Shown: one piece after another, positions 17,545 through 25,550 of the stretch
Numbering within the stretch: position 1 is the first letter of the stretch
How the letters are laid out: each line of letters begins with the position of its first letter
DNA from: an uncultured bacterium
GTDB lineage: Bacteria; Auribacterota; Tritonobacteria; UBA1439
NCBI GenBank assembly: GCA_937858775.1
Contig: CALLYX010000364.1
Location: forward strand, 1 to 54,029
Reading direction: 5' to 3'
DNA: 54,029 nt
Position numbers and translations under genes: made by a program
Notes under the pieces: model-generated
Seen by the model: only the letters and a program-made list of their open reading frames with translations
What the model was told of the DNA's origin: nothing
The model's database searches: none

Positions 17545-18363
17545 TCGACCCTGAGCGCCGTCCATCTCCAAATATGGAACGGCCGCCAGGGCGATGCCGG
17601 CTCGTCCGTCATCTGGGGGAACCTCACCACGAACCGGATGACCGCGACGGCGTTCTCGAACATCTACCGCGCGAGGGATACCGACCTCACGAATTCCACC
17701 CTGCCGGTGATGACGATCACCGCCGCGGTGGACACCACGCTCGCCTCCGGCACCTACTGGCTCGACTGGATGGTCGGCGGATCAAGCGGATTAGAGGGGC
17801 CGTACGTTCCGCCGATTACCATTCTCGGCCAGAAGTGGACCGGGGACGGAAGATATTATGATCCCTCCGTCTCTGGCTGGAAAAACATCGTGGATCCGGA
17901 ATCCTATATGCCTCAGGGGATGCCGTTCAGGATCGAGGGGACAGTCCTCCCACCGACCCCGACCCCCACGCAGACTCCGACACCGATACCGACCCCGACC
18001 CCCAGACCAATCGTCCGTGTCGTAGCGAGCCAGGCCGTCGTGTCAGCGGGAGATCCCTTCACCCTGGACGTATCCGTACTGCCGGTCATGGACAGGCCAT
18101 TCGACGCATATGCGGTCATCCTCGGCCCGGCGGGCGCCTACTCGATCAAGTTCGGCAACGTCCTCGTCCCTGGAGTAAGCCCCATCGCGCGTGGGGTTCT
18201 CTTCCTGCCCTATGAATACAATGAGACCATTCTTAACATGACGATCCCGTCGGGCGTCGCGGGCAACTACCAGGCCATCGTCGGGCTTGTGGACACGGGG
18301 GCGAAAGTTAACGGGGTTCAGGACGCGTTTGCCTTGGATGTCGCGTACATCTCGGTGAATTAG
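17545..18363 (+). CDS. Hypothetical exported protein with a PT-rich linker, 5'-truncated by the IS21 end
   Basis: The reading frame is open right up to the IS21 terminus at 17543 (STLSAVHLQIWNGRQGDAGSSVIWGNL...). The first ATG is at 17638. A PPTPTPTQTPTPIPTPTPRP linker separates two domains. I recognise no functional motif. Confidence 0.5.
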   Translation, partial: STLSAVHLQIWNGRQGDAGSSVIWGNLTTNRMTATAFSNIYRARDTDLTNSTLPVMTITAAVDTTLASGTYWLDWMVGGSSGLEGPYVPPITILGQKWTGDGRYYDPSVSGWKNIVDPESYMPQGMPFRIEGTVLPPTPTPTQTPTPIPTPTPRPIVRVVASQAVVSAGDPFTLDVSVLPVMDRPFDAYAVILGPAGAYSIKFGNVLVPGVSPIARGVLFLPYEYNETILNMTIPSGVAGNYQAIVGLVDTGAKVNGVQDAFALDVAYISVN

Positions 18364-18463
18364 GGCCGTCCCCTTCAGGGATAAAAGACCCCAGGAAAAC
18401 GCTGGATTGATACAAGGAAGAGATTGTCGGAGAAGAGGCAGGGGAGGCCTGCGTCTGCATCAA

Positions 18464-18632
18464 CTTGGAATAGGATGCAATGATGTGACCCTAATCGGGC
18501 ACGGAATCCCACACATCGACCCACACAGGCACATCGGAAATATCGAACAATCAGCGCCGCAATATGATGCGTCATATTACCGTCAGGCTCATAACCTGAA
18601 GGTCGCTGGTTCAAATCCAGCCCCCGCTACCA
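18464..18632 (+). repeat. att-like module copy 2, ending in a well-preserved tRNA-Met 3' half
   Basis: Homologous to 2752..2906 with the same conserved blocks. Its 3' part is a canonical tRNA 3' half. Confidence 0.6.
18583..18632 (+). tRNA. tRNA-Met(CAT) 3' half only (anticodon arm to CCA); not an intact gene
   Basis: The arms are TCAGG-CTCATAA-CCTGA (anticodon CAT), variable AGGTC, T arm GCTGG-TTCAAAT-CCAGC, and acceptor CCCCGCT-A-CCA. The 26 nt upstream (CCGCAATATGATGCGTCATATTACCG) can form neither the acceptor stem nor the D arm. Confidence 0.6.
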
Positions 18633-18640
18633 AGCCGATT

Positions 18641-18681
18641 GGGACACCTGTCTGGACGCCGGCAGGTGTCCCTTTCCTTTT
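18641..18681 (+). terminator. Rho-independent terminator following the tRNA 3' end
   Basis: GGGACACCTG-(12 nt)-CAGGTGTCCC forms a 10-bp stem, followed by TTTCCTTTT. Confidence 0.7.
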
Positions 18682-18711
18682 CAGCACGGTCAAGCTGCCG
18701 TACAGATGTAG

Positions 18712-19274
18712 CCCCCCGCCTCAGCATCACCTGCAACCGTCGGCAGCCGAAACGCCTCCGAACCTGCGCCGACTCCCTCAGCCGCCGCCGAAGACCCTCC
18801 TCATCTGCCTTCACGCGCTCCCGGTATCCGAAACTCGTCCTCGTCAGCCCGATGACCTCGCATGCCCTTCTCACGCTCAGCCCAAAGCGCCCGATCACGT
18901 ACCCGATCGCTTCCCGCCTCGCCTTGGGCTCTAGAAGTTTTTGCGATCACCGCCTTCAGCACCTGATTATCAAGCGTCAGGTCCGCTACGATGTGCTTCA
19001 GCCGCCGGTTCTCCTCCTCAAGCCGCTTCAAACGCCTAGCCTCGTTCACCTCCAAGCCGCCGAACCTCGCCTTCCACCGGTAGACCGTCCCTTCGCTCAC
19101 CCCGTACTTCCGCGTCAGCTCCGCCAGCCCGATCCCCGCCTCGGCCTCCTTTAGGATCCCGATGATCTGCTCCTCGCTGAACCTCCCCCTCTTCATCCCC
19201 AGCCCTCCCGTGACCCCCTATCTTACCCGGGAAGACTCTCACTAAATACTGTCCAGTTTTCGGGGGGCAGGTCA
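18712..19274 (-). mobile_element. IS3-family element, left part only: IRL, orfA and the first ~62 codons of orfB
   Basis: On the minus strand the IRL is TGACCTGCCCCCCGAAAACTGGACA. orfA is 18801..19196. The -1 frame continues KLLEPKARREAIGYVIGRFGLSVRRACEV...RRFGCRRLQVMLRRG, after which similarity to orfB ends (~18712). No DDE domain or IRR is present. Confidence 0.75.
18801..19196 (-). CDS. IS3-family transposase OrfA (HTH)
   Basis: MKRGRFSEEQIIGILKEAEAGIGLAELTRKYGVSEGTVYRWKARFGGLEVNEARRLKRLEEENRRLKHIVADLTLDNQVLK is the classic IS3/IS407-type OrfA with a leucine zipper. An A5 run lies at the expected frameshift site. Confidence 0.8.
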   Translation of the reverse strand: MKRGRFSEEQIIGILKEAEAGIGLAELTRKYGVSEGTVYRWKARFGGLEVNEARRLKRLEEENRRLKHIVADLTLDNQVLKAVIAKTSRAQGEAGSDRVRDRALWAEREKGMRGHRADEDEFRIPGAREGR

Positions 19275-19392
19275 AGGTCACCGGAACTACGGCGGAATGA
19301 AATGCGCGGCTGAAGCGCAGCCGCGGCCGGACTACCCGATAGGGCTTAGAGGGCGCCATGGCCCGCGCAGGCACCTGTCCGCGCGCCGGGCG

Positions 19393-20277
19393 TCACTTCG
19401 TCCCTTTCGGCGGACAGCCCCGATTCCGAATATACGCCTCGTACGTCGGCCTTCCTGCGCGCACGGCCGCGAAGTAGTTCTCGATCTGCTCACGCGTCGG
19501 CGTCTTGCCGAGATCCTCGTGCAGACGCTTGACGAAATAGCAACCGTTCGCCTCCACCCTGCGCATCGTCTCGCCCTTGAAGAATATCGCCGGGGCGCAC
19601 TCGCACTGCATCCTCGCCTCGAAGACAAGCCGGTCGCCGGCGTCCCGCCCGGCATAGAGAAAGTCGCGCTCCTTCAAGTGAGCGCTGATGCGGGAGGAGC
19701 GGTCGTGGTAGAAGACGGTCTTCCCGTCCGCGCTCACGCCGATCCGCATCGTCGTCCTTATCGTATAGTCGGCGGCCCCGAACCCACCCTTGGCCGTCAC
19801 CTCGTACTCGGCCTCCTTCCCCCGCAGCGCCCCGGCTAGATCGTACCTGGAGTTCTCCGCCTCCTTGAGAAAGCCGGGCGGGCGAGTGAAACCCGAAGCC
19901 AGAATCGAGTCGGGAAAGATATACGCGTAGATCTGGGCGTCACAGGCGTACATCATCGCGAGGTCGATCGCGTCCGGGCGGTATTTCTCCGGCCATCCTT
20001 TCGTCGAGACGGACCAGCGCGCGAGCATGGAGACATACGGCCACTCTGACGCAAAGTGATACTCCGGCGGCGACCCGGGAGGCGGAAACTCGCCGCGGAA
20101 CATCTCCTCCGGGTAACAGATCTGCCCTGATCCGCCCTTGAAACAGAGCGTTTGGAAATCGGCGCCCCACGCCACCTCCGCGGGGAGCGGCCCCGCCCCG
20201 GCGCAGCGTGTAACCGCGCCATACATCGCGGCCGCCGCGAGAATCCCCGTCAACACCGGCCGCCGCATTCCCGCCAT
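19393..20277 (-). CDS. Hypothetical exported protein
   Basis: The ORF has high GC3. Signal-like MAGMRRPVLTGILAAAAMYGAV follows a GAAGGGA RBS. I recognise no motif. Confidence 0.55.
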   Translation of the reverse strand: MAGMRRPVLTGILAAAAMYGAVTRCAGAGPLPAEVAWGADFQTLCFKGGSGQICYPEEMFRGEFPPPGSPPEYHFASEWPYVSMLARWSVSTKGWPEKYRPDAIDLAMMYACDAQIYAYIFPDSILASGFTRPPGFLKEAENSRYDLAGALRGKEAEYEVTAKGGFGAADYTIRTTMRIGVSADGKTVFYHDRSSRISAHLKERDFLYAGRDAGDRLVFEARMQCECAPAIFFKGETMRRVEANGCYFVKRLHEDLGKTPTREQIENYFAAVRAGRPTYEAYIRNRGCPPKGTK

Positions 20278-20499
20278 GGTATCCATCCCTTCCACCCCGT
20301 TCCGCACACGCTATTCTGCCACAAGCGGGCGGCCTGCGGCAGGGGAAACCGCCCCTTCGGCAAGGACTCACCCTCGATCGGGGGGCGCGACTATGCCGAC
20401 TCCGCGGCGCACCCTTCGCAGGACACTGTCGCCTTTGACCGACACATTATGAATATCCCCGGTCGCTGCAAGTGCGGAATGAGCGACCATCGCATAATT

Positions 20500-20540
20500 A
20501 TCACCGAATCATCACCGAATCATCACCGAATCATCACCGA
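20500..20540. repeat. 11-bp tandem repeat ATCACCGAATC, 3.7 copies
   Basis: ATCACCGAATC ATCACCGAATC ATCACCGAATC ATCACCGA, read directly from the sequence. It ends 7 nt before a -35 hexamer. Confidence 0.9.
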
Positions 20541-20547
20541 TATTTAC

Positions 20548-20576
20548 TTTACAAATCATGTATGGCGGAATATACT
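20548..20576 (+). promoter_or_regulatory. Near-consensus sigma70-type promoter
   Basis: TTTACA (20548..20553), a 17-nt spacer, then TATACT (20571..20576), about 90 nt upstream of the Cache-HAMP gene start. Confidence 0.5.
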
Positions 20577-20668
20577 GTTTTTCGGGGAAACGATCCGTGC
20601 CGCGGCCCTCGGCGAGAAACAGCCGCCACTCTGCACGGCATCTCCCGGTGCCGCCGGCAGGGAGAGTC

Positions 20669-22237
20669 ATGAAGCTTGTAACGAAGATCACCTTGATGCT
20701 GGCTTTCGTCTCCCTCGTCCCGCTCCTCATTCTCGGGGCGGTCGCGGCATATTGCATCAACGGCATCCGCGACAATGCAATGGACGTGGGGATGCGGACG
20801 CTCATGGACGCCGAGCGAGCCAACCTGGCGCAGCTCGCGGAGGTGGGCGCGCGCGGCATCGACCGTGTCTTCAGGGCTTATCAGGAAGACGTCATCGGTC
20901 TCCACACCGGTTACGACTTCGTCAGGGCCCATCCGAAACGCTTTTCAGACAGTTACCGGGACGATCTCTATCCGGACAAACCCCATCCGGGGCTGCCCGG
21001 TTACGGCTACGTGCATTCAGAATGGGGGATGTACGGGGATTTCGACGGGAGGTTTCCGACCACCGCGTACGTCCGGAAGAGCGCTGTCGCGCGCTCCACC
21101 TCCGACGAGAAGCTCGCCGCCGAGATCTCCGAGTCCCTGCACGCGGCGAAGCTCATCGAACCGGCCTTCGTCTCCCTCGCCAGGAAATACCCCGACACAC
21201 TGGACCTCGTCTGGATCGTCATGAACAACGGCGCGGCAAACGTCTGGCCGCCGTACGACCTGAAGGCGATGATCGCGAGGAATCCCGCCCTCCCCGACCT
21301 CGACGAGAGCGAGCGTGTCTACGTCCGCCTGCTCAACCCTTCCAACAACCCTGGGCGCGATGTACTCTGGCTCCAGCCGTATCTCGACCCGTACAAGAGA
21401 GTATGGATCACGAGCTGCATCGCCCCCCTCTACGATGGCGACAAGTTCATCGGCTCGATAGGGATCGATATCCTCCTCTCGGCTATCCGTCAAAAAGTCC
21501 TGGATATCGGGGTCAGGGAGTCGGGGTACGCGTTCCTTATAGACTCCAAGGGGGTGCCGATCGTCCTCCCGCCCCGTGGAATCGCCGACCTGGCGTGGGA
21601 GGAGACGCAGAAAACGCTACTCGCGGAGATGTTCAAGGCGAACGGCGCGCAGGGGGGGGCGCGGGAGAAACCCGACATCCCGCCGCCGACGGCACTCGGA
21701 ATGACGCCGCGCTCGGATGTCGCCGCCTTGCTAAGGGAGATGACGGCACAAAAATCGGGGGTCGAACGTGTGACGCTCTCGGGGGAGCAGAAGCTCGTCG
21801 CCTACGCCCCCCTGCGGACCCCCGCTTGGAGCCTCGGCCTCGTATTGCCGGTGAAAGAGGCCTTGGCCCCGGCGATGCGGGCCTCGCAGACCATAGGAGA
21901 GGGGACACAGCGGATCCGCTGGCAGTTCATGTTCATCCTCCTCCTCGTGGCCATGCTCAGCGTGTCGCTGGGCTGGATCGCCAAGCATCAGCTAACGCCG
22001 AAGATCCGGCGCCTCATGGGGTTCATGGTCAATATCAGCCAGGGGAAGCTCAACCCCTCCCACCTCCGGACTGACGGGCGCGATGAGTTCGCCCAGATCG
22101 AGCGCTCCCTCGGCGAGATGCACTCCCTCCTTGAGGAAAAGGAGCGGTGCATCACGGTGTACGTGGAAAAACTCGAGGCCCTCATACGGGAGCGCGCGGA
22201 GGCGCGCCGAAACACCCCGGGCGGAAACCCGTCCTAA
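20669..22237 (+). CDS. Membrane sensor with a periplasmic Cache-like domain and HAMP, and no recognisable output domain
   Basis: 522 aa from MKLVTKITLMLAFVSLVPLLILG (TM1). A ~400-aa extracytoplasmic region carries a dCache-like pattern (ITSCIAPLYDGDKFIGSIGIDILLS...GYAFLIDSKG). TM2 (FMFILLLVAMLSVSLGWI) is followed by a HAMP-like KIRRLMGFMVNISQGKL...DEFAQIERSLGEM, then only a short coiled coil. Confidence 0.7.
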   Translation: MKLVTKITLMLAFVSLVPLLILGAVAAYCINGIRDNAMDVGMRTLMDAERANLAQLAEVGARGIDRVFRAYQEDVIGLHTGYDFVRAHPKRFSDSYRDDLYPDKPHPGLPGYGYVHSEWGMYGDFDGRFPTTAYVRKSAVARSTSDEKLAAEISESLHAAKLIEPAFVSLARKYPDTLDLVWIVMNNGAANVWPPYDLKAMIARNPALPDLDESERVYVRLLNPSNNPGRDVLWLQPYLDPYKRVWITSCIAPLYDGDKFIGSIGIDILLSAIRQKVLDIGVRESGYAFLIDSKGVPIVLPPRGIADLAWEETQKTLLAEMFKANGAQGGAREKPDIPPPTALGMTPRSDVAALLREMTAQKSGVERVTLSGEQKLVAYAPLRTPAWSLGLVLPVKEALAPAMRASQTIGEGTQRIRWQFMFILLLVAMLSVSLGWIAKHQLTPKIRRLMGFMVNISQGKLNPSHLRTDGRDEFAQIERSLGEMHSLLEEKERCITVYVEKLEALIRERAEARRNTPGGNPS

Positions 22238-22302
22238 AGGCAAGGAAGGCCGGGCGGCGGCTCGAAGAGATGAGCCCCGCAGCCCCCCGGGGCGCCTTTC
22301 CC

Positions 22303-24645
22303 CTACACAGGAGCGATCCCTTTTTCCCTGAGCGCCCGGAAGACCTCGTGCCTCAGGTCGGAAATTACCTTCCAGTCACGGGGATGCGCGACCCAGACCC
22401 TGAGCGCGAACTCCAGCCCCGCCTGCCCAATGCCCTCCAGACGCACCGACGGCACGGGGAACTTGAGGACCGACGGGTGAGCTTTTGCGACCCGCAGGAG
22501 GATCTCCTCGACCGCGCGGCTCTCGACGGAGGCCGGCACCTTCACGGAGATATGCCCGCGGATACGCGGGTCGCGATAGGTCCAATTTGAGAAACTCTTG
22601 TTCACGAACTCCGAATTCGGGACGATGATCGCCTTCCCCGCGTACGTGTGTAGATAGGTGTTTCTGAGCGTCACGCGTTCGACCCTGGCGAAGTTCCCGT
22701 CGCGCTCGATCATGTCGCCGGGTTGTATCTCTCGCCCGAGCAGCAGGATGAGGCCGCTCACGAGGTTGTTGATGATCTGCTGCATGCCGAAACCGATCCC
22801 CACCGAGAGTCCGCCGGCTACTATGGCGAGGTTCCCTATCGTAAAACCGAGGAGGGAGAGGGCGATCATCAGGAATATGAACCATATCATGTAGCGGCTC
22901 AACACCTGGAGGGAGACGATCTCCCCTTCGGTCGCCGCGGCGCCGTCGCCGCGCAGGGCGGTGATCAGATCCGCCGCGATGAGGACGAGCGTACGGGCTG
23001 CAAAATACCCCGCTATTATCAGGGGGACGCTGACCATGTGGACCGTGATGTTCCTGTAGGAGATCTTCATGTCGAAGATGAACCGGAGGAGCGGCCGGCC
23101 CGCGAGGTAGACCGCGTACCCCGCGAGCCCGGCGTAGAGCGCCGCGATGAAGACGTTGGCGGGGCTGATCACCTCCCGCGCTAACATGATGGAGAGCGCG
23201 CGCCGGCTCGATCCGGCGCGCTCGTCGAAGTACCGGCGCGAAACGGCGACCCCCTCGGCGAGCACGATCCCCACGCCAACCATCATGACGATCGTGGACG
23301 AGAAGATGGCGAGGTTCGCCCAGCCGAGGACGGCGGCCGCGGCCAGCGCGGGAATGAACCCGAGGAGGAAACGCCGGGCGGCGTCTTCGTCCGGCGCCCC
23401 GCCCCGGCGCCCGGCGCAAAGCACGCGCCAGAGGATCAGCAATACGGCGGCCCACAACACGGCCACGGTCTCGGTGCGCATGTCGAGGCTCTGGAGAACG
23501 TTTCCGGCCGCGGCGCAGACCCAGAGGAGTGTGAGGCCTTCGTCACCGCGTCCCGAGGGGGCAGGGCCAAAGATGGAACGCAAGCGCACCCCGAGCGAGA
23601 TCAGGCTGCGGCTCAAGAAGAGCCAGACCACTATGACGACGAACGCGGAGCAGACGAAATAGGGGACGCCGATGCCGAAGGAGAGCCCCGCGCCGCATGC
23701 GAGCCAGACGGCCGGCGGGAAGAGCGCGCGGGAGAGACCCGCGACACGCATCCGCCTCTGAAGCCGGCCGACGACGAACCGGGCGCCGACGACAAGAATG
23801 AGGGCGGCGATCGACGTCCGAATGAGAACTTGCAGCCAGATCCAGTTGTCGTACTGGTCGAAGGCGAGATCTATGGATGTGAAGTTGGCGATCCATACCG
23901 CGAGCGACGCATACGCCTTCCGCCATGCGGCCGGGGAGAGAAGGCGGCGGGCAGGCGCTCCATAGAAGCCGCGCATCACCACGACGGTCTCCCCCCCGGC
24001 CGCCGCCTTGAACTCCTCCAATTCGGTCTGGAAGGCACGCCCGTAGCTGAGGGACGGGCCAAGCCGCTCTCGTAGGGATTGCGCGCGGACGCGGAGCGCC
24101 CCGTTCCTCGCCCTGAACCCGGCGATCATGGAGGCAATGTCGCCGGGGAGGAGCGTGACGACCGTCCCGTCCTCCCCTACCCGCGTCTTACCTCCCCCCC
24201 CCGGGTCCCCAAATTGCTCCATCGCCGACAGATCACGGTCCATTTTCTCGATGGGGGCCATGGACTCCTTGACGGCAAAATCGAGGACCCTGATCTGCTG
24301 CTCGATATTGAAGAGGAAGGTCGGAGTCTTCCGCCGCGCCCTGAACAACACGCGCAGGCGGCGTGCACGCACCTCTATCCCGAGAAGCCGCTTGCGCAGC
24401 GCCTGGACGTCCGCGGGGAGCTCGCGCTCGAGGGAGTCGATGGAAGCTTCGCTCACCGCCAGATAGGTGAGGCCGCGGTTGATGAGGGCGCGCCACTCAT
24501 CTGACTCACGCCCTGAAAGCGAGGATGCCGCCGGCGCCGTGGGGGCGGGTGCGATGGGCAAGGCACGGGGCGCATCCGACGCGCACCCGAAGAGGAGAAG
24601 GCCTCCCAGCAGCGCGTGGACGCACGGACGTATTCTTTCGCGCAT
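22303..24645 (-). CDS. Large MscS-family mechanosensitive channel (MscK/MscM-like architecture)
   Basis: 780 aa with a lipoprotein-like N-terminus, a long periplasmic/coiled-coil region and multiple TM helices. The C-terminal MscS core is GGLSVGIGFGMQQIINNLVSGLILLLGREIQPGDMIE...VPNSEFV. Confidence 0.85.
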   Translation of the reverse strand: MRERIRPCVHALLGGLLLFGCASDAPRALPIAPAPTAPAASSLSGRESDEWRALINRGLTYLAVSEASIDSLERELPADVQALRKRLLGIEVRARRLRVLFRARRKTPTFLFNIEQQIRVLDFAVKESMAPIEKMDRDLSAMEQFGDPGGGGKTRVGEDGTVVTLLPGDIASMIAGFRARNGALRVRAQSLRERLGPSLSYGRAFQTELEEFKAAAGGETVVVMRGFYGAPARRLLSPAAWRKAYASLAVWIANFTSIDLAFDQYDNWIWLQVLIRTSIAALILVVGARFVVGRLQRRMRVAGLSRALFPPAVWLACGAGLSFGIGVPYFVCSAFVVIVVWLFLSRSLISLGVRLRSIFGPAPSGRGDEGLTLLWVCAAAGNVLQSLDMRTETVAVLWAAVLLILWRVLCAGRRGGAPDEDAARRFLLGFIPALAAAAVLGWANLAIFSSTIVMMVGVGIVLAEGVAVSRRYFDERAGSSRRALSIMLAREVISPANVFIAALYAGLAGYAVYLAGRPLLRFIFDMKISYRNITVHMVSVPLIIAGYFAARTLVLIAADLITALRGDGAAATEGEIVSLQVLSRYMIWFIFLMIALSLLGFTIGNLAIVAGGLSVGIGFGMQQIINNLVSGLILLLGREIQPGDMIERDGNFARVERVTLRNTYLHTYAGKAIIVPNSEFVNKSFSNWTYRDPRIRGHISVKVPASVESRAVEEILLRVAKAHPSVLKFPVPSVRLEGIGQAGLEFALRVWVAHPRDWKVISDLRHEVFRALREKGIAPV

Positions 24646-25550
24646 GATTTCCTTCCTTCGCCGGGGCCGGGCTAAACCGCCGCGCCATGCGGCGCGCGAC
24701 GCCTTATGCTAACGAAACCATCCCATACCCGCCAGAGGAATCGAGCACCCCATTTCCATCCCCCCATAACCGTCCCGTTACCTGGGCAAAGGAGTGTTTT
24801 GTCTCCATATAACGGTGGGCTCGGCGCCCATCGGATGGTTCCCCTCGTCGAATTTCTGCCGGATTTCAACGCGAGGATATGCTATCCGACGCCTTCGTTT
24901 TGTCCCTTCATCGCAATCCATGTCTTCCCCCTTTTGACATCCCCTCTCTGCGTGAACGCAGCCACTAGACCTACAATATCGTGCCGGATAGTGAGATACG
25001 TCATTTAGTATACCGACATTAATGCCGCTTTCTGGAAAACCTTCGGCAAAACGCCATGGTATATCCCATGACAGCTCGCCATAGGCGGACGCGCACTTTT
25101 GGGAGCGAGCGGCGGCGCAGGCGCTTCCCCCCTCTCTCTAGACCGAGATCTTATCCATGCCGGAACCGGGAGATCGCATTGCCAAAGAAGGCGTGCAACA
25201 CGCCGGTATCGCGGAAGGAAATGCCGACGCGCCCTGATCTACTCCGTGGACCGTAACGCGGCGGGCTCGACGCCTTTGACGCAGGCGAGGCGCGGGGGGG
25301 GCGTGGACGGATATAACCCCCGACGCCCGACCCCGGCGAACCGGGGAGCGTCGGAAACGCCCGTCTCCGGCAATACCCAGGCATAAGCAGCGTGGAGTAA
25401 CGGAACAGCCATGGCCTGTGGCGCATCCTCAAGGGTGCGCTACGGCTCATATAACGACGCGTCTCCGCTCAAGGGCGGGGCCTTTTCCCGCGGTCCAGCG
25501 CCCGCTATTTTTCCCTTTCCCTTTTCCCCCGCGTGGCTAGAATAGTCCGC

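Noticed and set aside
18555-18632. An intact tRNA-Met gene
   Set aside because: The 3' half is canonical. The 26 nt where the acceptor 5' strand and D arm should be (CCGCAATATGATGCGTCATATTACCG) cannot pair with CCCCGCT or form a D stem. I therefore call only a fragment.
20500-20540. CRISPR-like or minisatellite array
   Set aside because: The units are only 11 bp, are directly abutting with no spacers, and no cas genes are nearby. I treat it as a regulatory tandem repeat instead.
20152-22074. 640-aa ORF overlapping the Cache-HAMP gene
   Set aside because: It is a shadow frame (RGGRG-type composition). The alternative frame gives TM helices plus Cache and HAMP features.
24646-25532. tmRNA, RNase P RNA, SRP RNA or a known riboswitch in the large gap
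   Set aside because: I looked by eye on both strands for the hallmark strings: GGGG...ATTCGAC 5' end with a TTCGA-type T arm and CCA, GGAAAGTCCGGGC, and GGAAGGAAGCAGC-type SRP domain IV. I found only loose resemblances, such as ATTCGACGAGGGG on the minus strand with no matching acceptor.
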